Of a stretch of 64,000 nt of DNA, positions 52,638 through 64,000 are shown piece after piece. The position numbers and the translations under genes are program-made. Source of the DNA: Octopus sinensis (Eukaryota); NCBI RefSeq assembly GCF_006345805.1, contig NC_043010.1, positions 20,708,001 through 20,772,000 of the forward strand, given 5' to 3'. The first letter of the stretch is position 1. The number at the start of each line of letters is the position of its first letter. The notes below the pieces were generated by a model that saw only the letters and a program-made list of their open reading frames with translations, was not told the origin of the DNA and did no database searches.

Positions 52638-53699
52638 TTGATTAGAATTGGTGGATTTTCCGTCTTTTTTGTTTGTCGTCTATGTTTCCATGAAGTTTGT
52701 CAAAGAGCAGTTCTGCAATAGCCGCGAAAGCTTTACGATTGAATTCTTAGGCTAGTTTTCGTTGGTCTTCATAATTTGTTCCAAATAATCATTGTAACAT
52801 CGTAGAAGGATTTTGCAGAAACTTTTGCAAAATGGATCAGGTGAGCCGCACCGTAGCTGACGGGGAAGCAAGGTGAGAGACTGCTCCTCCCGAGTACATT
52901 TTTAAAATCGGCTCCTTTTCAACAATTATTTTAACATTTTAGTTCAGTTGTGCAATAAAAATCGAATCTCTCTTTTTTCTTTTGTTAATCATATGGCCTT
53001 AAGAGAACTTTCTGGAGTTAGAGTTTTATTTCACCAACCTTCCGTATTTTTGAACTGTTCTCAATTTTCGATGATGTTTTGGTGGGCGCTGGCATCTGAA
53101 GAACGAAAACAAGCCCTGACGTCATAACCTCTCAATACTGGATGATCCCGTGGAGTTTCATCATTTTCACGCCACACCTATATCAGCAACTGTAAGTTTA
53201 ATGACATTACTGAAACACGAAATTAATGAATGTCAAAGACAATTAAGTAGATTATAACTAATGAAATATTTCGCGTAATATAGGAGAATTGAGTTAAAAA
53301 TTGTTTGGTATATGCCACAGCTCCCTTTTTTATGTGCTTGCTTCCCCTAACTTTAGAACCTAGCATCAATTCTGTTACAGTGGACCCCTTGTGTTATTAC
53401 AGCATACAAGACCTGTTTACCTGAGCCTTGTTTGATGATAGTGACTTCGAAGCTGTCAACATCAGATTTCTCCTTGACTGCAATGCTGGTGACGCTGTTT
53501 TCTTATTTTATATTCGTCATTGACAGAATATTCTGTTGGAGAAATCTTACACATCTCATAGATTTCTCGATGGTATAGGGTCCATGTTGAGCATCCGTCG
53601 AGTAAGGTTAATACACCATGTAAAAGAAACTCTTATATATATCCAATTTATTTACTCATCATGCTAGGAAAAAGCCTTGCCATACCCAAAGCTGAAAAT

Positions 53700-54310
53700 T
53701 GGTCAAAGTGGTCCGGGAAAACCCTCAGGTTGTTTGTAAAACCGCAAGTGTTGATGCAGTTGGAAGTTGGCGAATGTCAGCAATGTTTGGGGAAGTCTTT
53801 CAAATTCGTCACGTGAAAGATTAGAATAAAAGCTTCTGCCATGACGAGACGAAAGGAATGTTAATTCGTTGAAAGCGTAGGAAAATTTTTGTGACAAAAA
53901 TGGAAAAGAGAAAATGTAGGTGGCTAGATGATGGCTTTGAGCTAATTCCCCCAACGAAAAAGACAATGCTCGTTTTCCGGCACTTAGGCGAACAAGGAAA
54001 TGATTCAGGAGTATCTGCAGTTATCAGAGCCTGCGTTGAGTCAAACGGTGCCCCTAACCTACACAACATTTGCATATCTGGTAAAACCGCAAGTGCAGAC
54101 GCCCAAGCAGCTAAAGGGTCCTTTCAGATATTTAAAAATATCATCGCAAGTAGCTACTTGACCTACGGCTTGACTTCAAAACGTGAACGAAACAAGTCTT
54201 TTCCGTTAAAGACTCTCATTCCACGCGTTTTTTTCCCGAGAAGAAAAGATGCTTCTGGATTCAAGGCCGGAAAAGACATTTTAACATCAATATCTGTCGA
54301 CTGTAGTCAT
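53700..54310 (+). pseudogene. pogo/Tigger (CENP-B-like) transposase remnant
   Basis: ISGKTASADAQAA..FKNII, NETSLF-like, KDASGFKAGKD. Confidence 0.6.
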
Positions 54311-54816
54311 CCTAAATATAGCTTCTTCTATTTTTCGCTGACGTAATTCAAATGAATTAAGTATGAACAGAGCAGTGTACTCGTCATGGAAGTTAATTGT
54401 TTCAAAACGTTCACCAATAAGTAAACTTATATCATAATTCTAATCATAACATAATTTCAGCTGATCACGTATAAGCATCATATTATGTAATATTAATTGA
54501 AGTTATTAAGTGCTTAAAGGGAGCGACTGTAAGTCTCTGGAATTTTCAGTAGTTTCGTTTGCGTTTGTATTACAAATAACCGAGCGCACTCGTGTTTATG
54601 TTCATATCTATGCTGTCACAGCCTTCCGCTCCCCGCGAATAGCACGATTTCAGTTAGCACTGCATTTAGCTTTGGCGTGTATCAAAGCGTTAATCGAGAT
54701 ATTTTGTATAATTTTAATCTCTCATGCTGACAGATGTTATTACTATCTGAGGAGTCGTTAGACTTTTTACAGAGAAACAGATCATTCATATTCTGTGTAC
54801 AATTATCATTTAATAT

Positions 54817-55043
54817 AAGGCGGTGAGCTGGCAGAAACGTTAGCACGCTGGGCGAAATACTTAGTGGTATTTCGTCTGCCGTTACGTTCTGAGTTCAAAT
54901 TCCGCCGAGGTCGACTTTGCCTTTCATCCTTTCGGGGTCGATTAAATAAGTACCAGTTACGCACTGGGGTCGATATAATCGACTTAATCCGTTTGTCTGT
55001 CCTTGCTTTTCTCCTCTATGTTTAGCCCCCTGCCGGCAATAAA
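54817..55043 (+). mobile_element. Meta-like SINE
   Basis: Family consensus head to tail. Confidence 0.88.
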
Positions 55044-55196
55044 CAGTTTCTCCCAGTTTTAATCGGATTCCGATACACTGCATTTTTTTCTGTAATTCCC
55101 AGTAAATCGTTTACCCACGTTTGTTACAAACTTCTACCGAGGGACTCATGTAACATAGTTCACCTCTTCTTCCACTGTTACCTTCCACAAATACAG

Positions 55197-55390
55197 TATT
55201 TAAATTATTTACGTTTGACTGATATTTGTCCCCATCTTGTTTGTTGTTAACACAAAATTTCTCCTGGGGGGTATATATCAGCCGAAACGTTGTGTTAACA
55301 ACAAACAAGATGGGGACAAATATCAGTCAAACGTAAATAATTTAAATAATGTAAATAATGTACATAATTCCTCATCTCTTAAATATAGAA
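55197..55390. repeat. Hairpin (~59-bp arms) formed by a 5'-inverted copy of the 40131 element
   Basis: 55197-55255 vs 55290-55348; the loop holds the HHR 3' half CAGCC-GAAA-CG-TT-GTGT. Confidence 0.85.
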
Positions 55391-55469
55391 CTCTACTTCC
55401 ACAAATAGTTAAAATATAAATATATATCTATGTATATACATATATACATATATAAAAATATATATATGT

Positions 55470-55515
<46 letters not shown>

Positions 55516-55647
55516 ATACATAGATATATATGTATATATGAATTCACCTACATTTTGTTTTGCTTTTGTTTTATTTATATACATTTTATATATATGTATG
55601 TGTATGTTTGTGTATATGTATGTAGATACATATGTATGTATATATAT

Positions 55648-55711
<64 letters not shown>

Positions 55712-56016
55712 GTATATATGTATATATATATTTGCCTAATTTCTTTTATTTCATCGGTTATCGATTAACCAACCATAACTGAGGCGAAGCCATTCAAAGC
55801 AATTGATGACCAATTAGATTACGTAACTGAACAAAAGTAACCCCTGCCCACTTCTCGCAAGATTTCACCTACTGCATAAAGAAAAAAAGTAACGGAGAAA
55901 TAAACATATCACGTTTATATGAGAATATATATAAGTTTGTGTAATATTGTTATAATTATATTATATAATTACAATGATACAAGCTACTGCACTTACCCTC
56001 CCTTCTAAAACATATA

Positions 56017-57307
56017 CGAGGGGCGTTCAATAAGTAATGCCCCTGACCCACTTCCCATAGCAGTAGAGCAACGAAACTTGGCACAGTTATTAGTCTTTTT
56101 CTACATAGGAACCACCCAGAGTTATGCATTTCTCCCATCGTTTGATGTGGCTCTGGAGACCGTTTTTGTAGAAGAACCTAGTTTGGTCCTCTAACCTCAA
56201 CGTGACTTCAGAAATCAAGGCTGCATCATCTGGGAAACGCTTTCTTTTCAAAAACAACTTCATGACTGGGAAGAGGTGAAAATCAGAGGGTGCAAGGTCA
56301 GGAAAGTAGGGTGATGGGGGAGGAGTTCATAGCCATACGTCTGTGCTTCTGATCTGGCGACAAGCGAGTTGTGGACCGGAGCGTTGTCCTGCAGGAGGAG
56401 GATGCCTTTGCTGATCTTGCTCCGCCTCTTGATTTTGATAACTTCTCTTAATTTACTCAAAAGTGAAGCATAATAGGCTCCTGCAATTGTGGTACCCTTT
56501 GCCAGGAAATCTGTCATCACTACTCCGTCCTGGTCCCAGAAGATTGTGAGCATGACCTTGCCAGGGGAGGGCTGCACCCTTGCCTTCTTTGGAGGGGGTG
56601 AGTCACGGTGTTTCCACTGCATTGACTGGGCTTTGGTCTCTGGATCATCGTGATGGACCCAGGTTTCATCCTGTGTAATCAGTCTTTTGAAAAATTTTGA
56701 CTCATCTTCTTGGCACATCTCCAAATTCACCCTCGAGCACTCGACGCGTTCTTGCTTCTGGAAAGGCGTGAGCAACCTGGGAATCCATCTGGCAGACACC
56801 TTTTGCATATGCAAATGGTCATGAATGATAGTTTCCACAGACCCGGTACTAATCTTGACCTCATGGGCTATTTGGCGAATAATTATGCGTCGATCTTCCA
56901 AAATGGCAGCCTCAACTTGACGGACAGATGCCTCATCAATGGCAGAAGGGGGCGACCAGATCTGGGAACTGTTTCCACAGAGTTCCGACCATGTTTGAAT
57001 TCACGATGCCAGCGTTTTACAAGGTCATATGATGAGGCATCATCACCATAAGTTACTTTCATTTCATCAAAAGTCTCCCGTGGTGTGCGTCCTTTCAAAT
57101 ACAAAAACCGGATCACTGCTCGACACTCAACAGGCTCCATTTCACAATTGACTCAGTTCAAACATCTGTAAATCAGAAACCACAATTAGTTCAGAGCTGT
57201 AATTCGCCTCTTAATCTATAGAGATATAAACGATTACCCATGCAAAATTTCAGCTAGATCAAACAACTGCAAGTGGGTCAGAGGCATTACTTATTGAACG
57301 TCCCTTG
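56017..57307 (-). mobile_element. Full-length mariner (DD34D), transposase broken by two frameshifts
   Basis: TA-flanked TIR CGAGGGGCGTTCAATAAGTAATGCC; WIPRLL, ITQDETWVHH, LLQDNAP, PDLAPSDFHLF. Confidence 0.96.
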
Positions 57308-57367
57308 TATAATACGTATGTATCTACGAGTATGTTTGAGCGGAAAAATATATGTATATATATATAT

Positions 57368-57404
<37 letters not shown>

Positions 57405-57414
57405 GTATGTGTAG

Positions 57415-57950
57415 GCAGTGGCTCTCATGGCTTCTGATCTTAACTGATTGGAAGTGTTATCATGTACATTGTTTTGTCTTGGTATAAAAGATGGGCTACA
57501 GCAAGTATTCTGCTCAATACCACAGATTTGCTTGTCAGTTGTTTGACCTTAACCAGTTGAGCATGTCCCTTAGTGGCTGACGATATGTGCATCTCTGATC
57601 ACGAGCAGAAGTAGTGGGGGAGCATCATACCCATGTGTTGAGAAGGATTCTTTGGGGTTTGAATAATTCACCTCTAGAAACATGGGTGTTTCGTTCAACG
57701 TCCTTAAACAACCCTTATTCAGGGACCTTTTGAGCGGGATGGGTTACTCGATCTGAAGAAAATTCTAACTGGGCTCTACCTGCAAGGTCATGTGCTGTTT
57801 ATCTTGATATGAGATCACCATGTCGCGCACATATGGTTGTGATGCATGTGCCTGGTGTACCCTTATCAGACGTGTAGTCATGATGGGTATACTGGGCTTC
57901 GTATATTTTACCCCAGTGTCACTTTGATGGCATGCTCTGCTCGCTCACTC

Positions 57951-57984
<34 letters not shown>

Positions 57985-58010
57985 TAATAATAATAATAAT
58001 AATAATAATG

Positions 58011-58072
<62 letters not shown>

Positions 58073-58075
58073 AAT
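57415..58075 (+). mobile_element. ~535-bp non-coding segment ending in (AAT)n, probable non-autonomous retroelement
   Basis: GC-richer block between (TA)n and (AAT)n; single copy in this window. Confidence 0.4.
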
Positions 58076-58532
58076 GTGTATGCATATACATTGTGTATGC
58101 ATATACATGCAAATATGTATGTACATGTAAGTGTAGGTATATGTATTTATGTATATTTATTTACTAAAATTACAATTACAACAATATACATACATGTATA
58201 ACATATTATGCTTTACATATATAATATGAAAAGATACCAGTAATTATTAAAATATTTAACATACATGAATAGAAATTTGGAAAATATCTTACAGCTGTTT
58301 TAGCCAAGAGGCAAAAATATCTCATTTCTACAGCTGAGGTATAAGGTCACTTTGATGTTTTGTCCCTTGTTTGAGTTTGGTCCAACTGGTTTCCGGCATG
58401 TATTTTAACCATATAGTACCCATATAAGTCAGTAAATATATTAATGATTCACATAGTTAGAGTTATACATATAATGTTGTATAAATGTTTTTTTATAATA
58501 AATTTGTAATAATTTACCTCTCATACGTATTA

Positions 58533-59822
58533 CGAGGGACGTTCAATAAGTAATGCCTCTGACCCATTTCAGTTGTTTGATCTAGCTGAAATTTTACATG
58601 TGCACTTATTTATATCTCTATAGATTAAGAGGCGAATTACAGCTCTGAACTAATTGTGGTTTCTGATTTACAGGTGTTTGAACTGAGTCAAGTGTGAAAT
58701 GGAGCCTGTTGAGTGTCGAGCAGTGATCTGGTTTTTGTATTTGAAAGGACGCACACCACGGGAGACTTTTGATGAAATGAAAGTAACTTATGGTGATGAT
58801 GCCTCATCATATGACCTTGTAAAACGCTGGCATCGTGAATTCAAACATGGTCGGAACTCTGTGGAAACAGCTCCCAGATCTGATCGCCCCCTTCTGCCAT
58901 TGATGAGGCATCTGTCCGTCAAGTTGAGGCTGCCATTTTGGAAGATCGACGCATAATTATTCGCCAAATAGCCCATGAGGTCAAGATTAGTACCGGGTCT
59001 GTGGAAACTATCATTCATGACCATTTGCATATGCAAAAGGTGTCTGCCAGATGGATTCCCAGGTTGCTCACGCCTTTCCAGAAGCAAGAACGCGTCGAGT
59101 GCTCGAGGGTGAATTTGGAGATGTGCCAAGAAGATCAGTCAAAATTTTTCAAAAGACTGATTACACAGGATGAAACCTGGGTCCATCACGATGATCCAGA
59201 GACCAAAGCCCAGTCAATGCAGTGGAAGCACCGTGACTCACCCCCTCCAAAGAAGGCAAGGGTGCAGCCCTCCCCTGGCAAGGTCATGCTCACAATCTTC
59301 TGGGACCAGGACGGAGTAGTGATGACAGATTTCCTGGCAAAGGGTACCACAATTGCAGGAGCCTATTATGCTTCACTTTTGAGGAAATTAAGAGAAGTTA
59401 TCAAAATCAAGAGGCGGAGCAAGATCAGCAAAGGCATCCTCCTCCTGCAGGACAACGCTCCGGTCCACAACTCGCTTGTCGCCAGATCAGAAGCACAGGC
59501 GTATGGCTATGAACTCCTCCCCCATCACCCTACTTTCCTGACCTTGCACCCTCTGATTTTCACCTCTTCCCAGTCATGAAGTTGTTTTTGAAAGGAAAGC
59601 TTTTCCCAGATGATGCAGCCTTGATTTCTGAAGTCACGTTGAGGTTGGAGGACCAAGCTGGGTTCTTCTACAAAAACGGTCTCCAGAGCCACATCAAACG
59701 ATGGGAGAAATGCATAACTCTGGGTGGTTCCTATGTAGAAAAAGACTAATAACTGTGCCAAGTTTCGTTGCTCTACTGCTATGGGAAGTGGGTCAGGGGC
59801 ATTACTTATTGAACGCCCCTCG
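58533..59822 (+). mobile_element. Full-length mariner, near-identical inverted twin of 56017-57307
   Basis: Same TIRs and the same 85-aa + 213-aa ORF split. Confidence 0.96.
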
Positions 59823-60004
59823 TATATTAAATATTTTCACCGTATGCATGGATGACTGCTAGTCTTCCATAAACAACCTTGCCCGGACTGTGCAATCCCA
59901 TGGTCAGTCATGATCGAAGGGGGTCTCAGCAATGTATATGTATGTATATTATAAGTATGCATATGTGTGTGTATTTATATTTATAACTTAGCCTTATGTA
60001 CTTT

Positions 60005-60225
60005 CTAAAATCTCTGACGAAGCCTAGAGAAACACCAAAGTACTTCAATTTCATCTACTGGAGGGATAAAGGTAGAATGAGGTATTTTTGCCTCTTGGCT
60101 AAAACAGTTGTAAGATATTCTCCTAATTTCTATTCATTGGTATCTTTATATATTATATATGTAAAGCATAATATGTTATATATGTACGTATATTGTTGTA
60201 ATTGTCATTTTAGTAAATAAATAAT
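60005..60225 (+). mobile_element. Element with a degenerate long-stem-II HHR; inverted partial copy at 58155-58331
   Basis: ATCT-CTGACGA-AGCCTAGAG...CTCTTGGCT-AAA-ACAGTTGT-A-AGAT (60010-60116); the G of GAAA is lost. Confidence 0.55.
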
Positions 60226-60288
60226 AAATTGACATAATATAATGTCTAAAAGTTGATGAATACCACCGACTGATCCCCTCCATTTTCT

Positions 60289-60440
<152 letters not shown>

Positions 60441-60446
60441 CATACA

Positions 60447-60610
60447 TAGGTGCAGTAGTGGCTGTGTGGTAAGTAGCTTACTTACCAACACATAGTTCCG
60501 GGTTCAGTCTCACTGCGTGGCACCTTGAGCAAGTGTCTTCTACTTTAGCCTCGGGCCGACCAAAGCCTTATGAGTGGATTTAGTAGACGGAAACTGAAAG
60601 AAGCCCGTCA
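60447..60610 (+). mobile_element. SINE head (composite family)
   Basis: GTGGCTGTGTGGTAAG..CCGGGTTCAGTC..CCTTGAGCAAGTG. Confidence 0.85.
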
Positions 60611-61841
60611 TATATATATATATATAAGTAACGGGAAGCTTTATGAAAATAGACAAAAGACGAAGGCAGGTTTACGGAAATAAACAAACGACGAAGGCAA
60701 AGTACCAGTTACGCACTGTCTGTCCCTGTGGCCAATAAAGAAATATACATAGATGTGTGTGTGTGTGGAAGCTGTATATTTAGATATATATCTAAGTATC
60801 TATCTGTCCGTCTATCTATCTGTCTATACAGAGAGAGAGGGAGAGAGAGTAGTTTCGTCTCGTTAGTTGCAGCCTTTGTCTAGCGTTTTGACTTTAACTT
60901 GGTGTTGTGTGAAGACATAAGGTTAACACACTTATGAAGCTTTTGTGCAGAATATTTAGTGCGTGACGAGGAAAGGTACATAGAAAGATGCATGCACACA
61001 CAAACACTCACGCACACACACATACGAGCACATACACGCACACACACACGCGCACGCACAAATACATTCATTTGTTCATTCATACATGTGTGCGTGTGTA
61101 TGTGTGTATGTCTATATCCTCATATATTGAAACAAACAGATATATATATATATATATATATATGTATTTGTAATATATATATATATATATATATAATATA
61201 TATATATATATATACGTGTGTGTGCGTGTGTGCGTGTCCATGTATGTATATATATATATATATATTATATATATATATATAATATATATATATATATAGA
61301 TGAATATATATATATCGTATATTTTTCACTTGTTTATTGCTATGGTTTTGTGTTGAGTTTGATCTGAGAACATAATCTTTTGTGGTGAATGGCGATTTGA
61401 CGTCTATATCTACCATGTTGACTGTCCACTTTTCGTGTTCAGTCCTTAATTGGTATATATATATATATACCTATATTTTTTCTGTATCTTCCTTTATACA
61501 TACATATATATATGTACTTATGTGTGTGTGTGTGCATATATGTGTATATATGTGTATATATGTGCATTTGTTTGCATATACAGGCACACTCAGGGACACG
61601 TGCCTACACGTACAATTCAGCTCAAGACATTAGAAATGTATCCAAATTGACATAAAGAGTCGTTTGGTTATTAGAAACATCACCGTCCGGCTGGTGATGG
61701 AGGTGGGGGGGACCTCCGTCCCACGCCGACGAGGGTTCGTTGGTTCAATAATTGGCTAACACGTGATGTGTGATATGTGTTCTGCTATCGTAACTGTGAA
61801 GCGAATTTTTATATCCTCTAGGCAATACTGCCCCTACTATG

Positions 61842-62132
<291 letters not shown>

Positions 62133-63014
62133 GTCTGTCATTTCAATATTTTTCTTCTACATAACACTCTAGGTCACAGGTTTGCAACTGACCATTTACT
62201 AGTTCATTGAATTTACAATGCCAAAAGGGACTAGCGATTCCCTGTAAAAATACAGCAGTAAAAGGACCACAAGGTAATTTTGCATCGAGGCATTGGTTGC
62301 CGTTTTTTTCGCTGATGTCTCCGTGCAAGACACGCACATACGCATCCCCACACACTAACACACACACGTCCAGTGATGTTTTTGTCTCGTATTCGTAGTC
62401 ACTATTCAAAGAACATCTCTGTCTAATTAACGAATAACATGCTCAATAACTATTCTTAGCTTTCCTCGTTTTTACTGGAATCTGGCGCAGTTTTTACACC
62501 AATTACAGTTTTAGAAAGCAATCACAAGTTTTCAAAAAGTACTTTAATATTTTTTTAATGAGAGAGTAACCTTGTTTTATTTTTGTACAAACCTCTTTCA
62601 AATCTGGTTTTAAAGCAAACCGTTGAATTCTCATTTCTGCCTCGGCACCCGATCTATTTTAACAATTAGTTTTTTTGTTATTTTGACACAAGCAGAAAAT
62701 CATTGTTTGAGGAGAGAAGTACTTTAACAACCGATCCTGAAAATAGGGGGTTCCTTTCCTTATTTGTCCAAAATTCAAACATTGTCAATCATTTGATTGA
62801 TGTACGCAAAAAGAAATTTGAATAAATATATTTTTCCTCTGCTTTGTTTTTGCTCGTTTCAGGAATTAGACTGCGGCCATTCTGGGGCACTGCTTTAAAA
62901 GTTTAATCGGACTTCTATTTTTAAAGCCGAGTTCTTATTCTATCAGCCCCTTTGTGGCGAACCACTAGGTTACGGGGAGGTAAGCAAACAAACACCGGTT
63001 GTCAAATGGTGATG

Positions 63015-63069
<55 letters not shown>

Positions 63070-64000
63070 CTCTCTCTCTCTCTTTCTCTCTCGCTACACA
63101 TACACACACACACACACATGCATATGACGGGCTTCTTTCGGCTTCCGTCTATCACATCCACTTATAACGCTTTGCCCATGATGCCATGCAGTGCAACTAA
63201 ACTCAAAGCCACGTGGTTAGAATGCAGGCTTCTTAGCACACAACATCACCTGCGACTATAAGGTCAATATGTTTTCTCTGTTCGAGGGTCTGACTTGCAT
63301 ATTGGATGTATCACGAATCTAACTTCCTTTTCTAATTCCATCCATTGATCATTTCATATATTGATCATTTGAAAAGCATTTACTTTCTGAATTACAAAAG
63401 TCTTCTCTGTGTCGACATGCTTCATTAAGTTGAATAATTATTAAAAATAATTAACATCACCAATAGATGAGCTGGAAATATATTTGCAAACAGGGATATG
63501 AGGGTAGGTTTTCTCCAAAATTCAAATTTACTTTCGAAAGTTTGACTTACATTACTGGTTGGTTTGAAATTCGGACAAAAGACCAGCAAGTTCTACCTCT
63601 GTGCTCAGCTGGTACTAATCGCATCGAGACTCCGAAAATGTGAAAGGCAAAGTCGACCCCGGCGGAATTTGAACTTAGAGCATAAAGACAGACGAAATGC
63701 CGCTAAGCGTATTTCCCGGCTTGCTAACGATTCTGCCAAATCGCCAACTTTGATTGTTCCATTATCAACAGGAAGAAAACTGTTACTTGCTTCCCTTATA
63801 ACGAAAGGTTAACATAATTCGGCTTGACAAAAATGTCAACCAAATAATCAAATCTGAGCAATCACATTTTTTCTGTTAATCGTTCTTCTAAATGGAAATT
63901 ATATTCCGTAAAAATGCCAATAGGGCATTTCTTAATTCCAACAACCAGGTTAATGTCCCTTATCGAGACAATCATGGTAATTATAAACCAAAAATCTCGA

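Noticed and set aside
56260-59579. Domesticated SETMAR-like gene
   Set aside because: Intact TIRs and TA TSDs, frameshifts, no SET domain.

Overview
AT-rich eukaryotic non-coding DNA, very dense in microsatellites. The SINE families and repeat landscape resemble a coleoid cephalopod (Octopus); this is inferred from the sequence only. I can support no host protein-coding exon. Nearly all ORFs in the track are microsatellite translations or transposon remnants. Main contents: (1) a young, nearly complete Penelope-like retroelement (PLE; RT + GIY-YIG, Neptune-type) at 19193-24642, with ~845-bp pseudo-LTRs and a ~3-kb inverted partial copy at 16122-19194, both outer ends in (TA)n; (2) minimal hammerhead-ribozyme (HHR) motifs in the PLE pLTRs (U3-A8 core variant) and in several unrelated short non-coding elements next to microsatellites; (3) many fold-back palindromes centred on or adjacent to (TA)n; (4) a decayed L1/Tx1-clade LINE (47794-52080) followed by a 17 x 32-bp tandem array; (5) two near-identical head-to-head mariners and one older mariner; (6) a hAT element with a perfect 8-bp TSD inside a nested stack, plus Helitron, pogo/Tigger, R4/Dong, CRE and RTE remnants; (7) many tRNA-derived SINEs, one subfamily of which appears to prefer GGTAT targets, including inside its own relatives.
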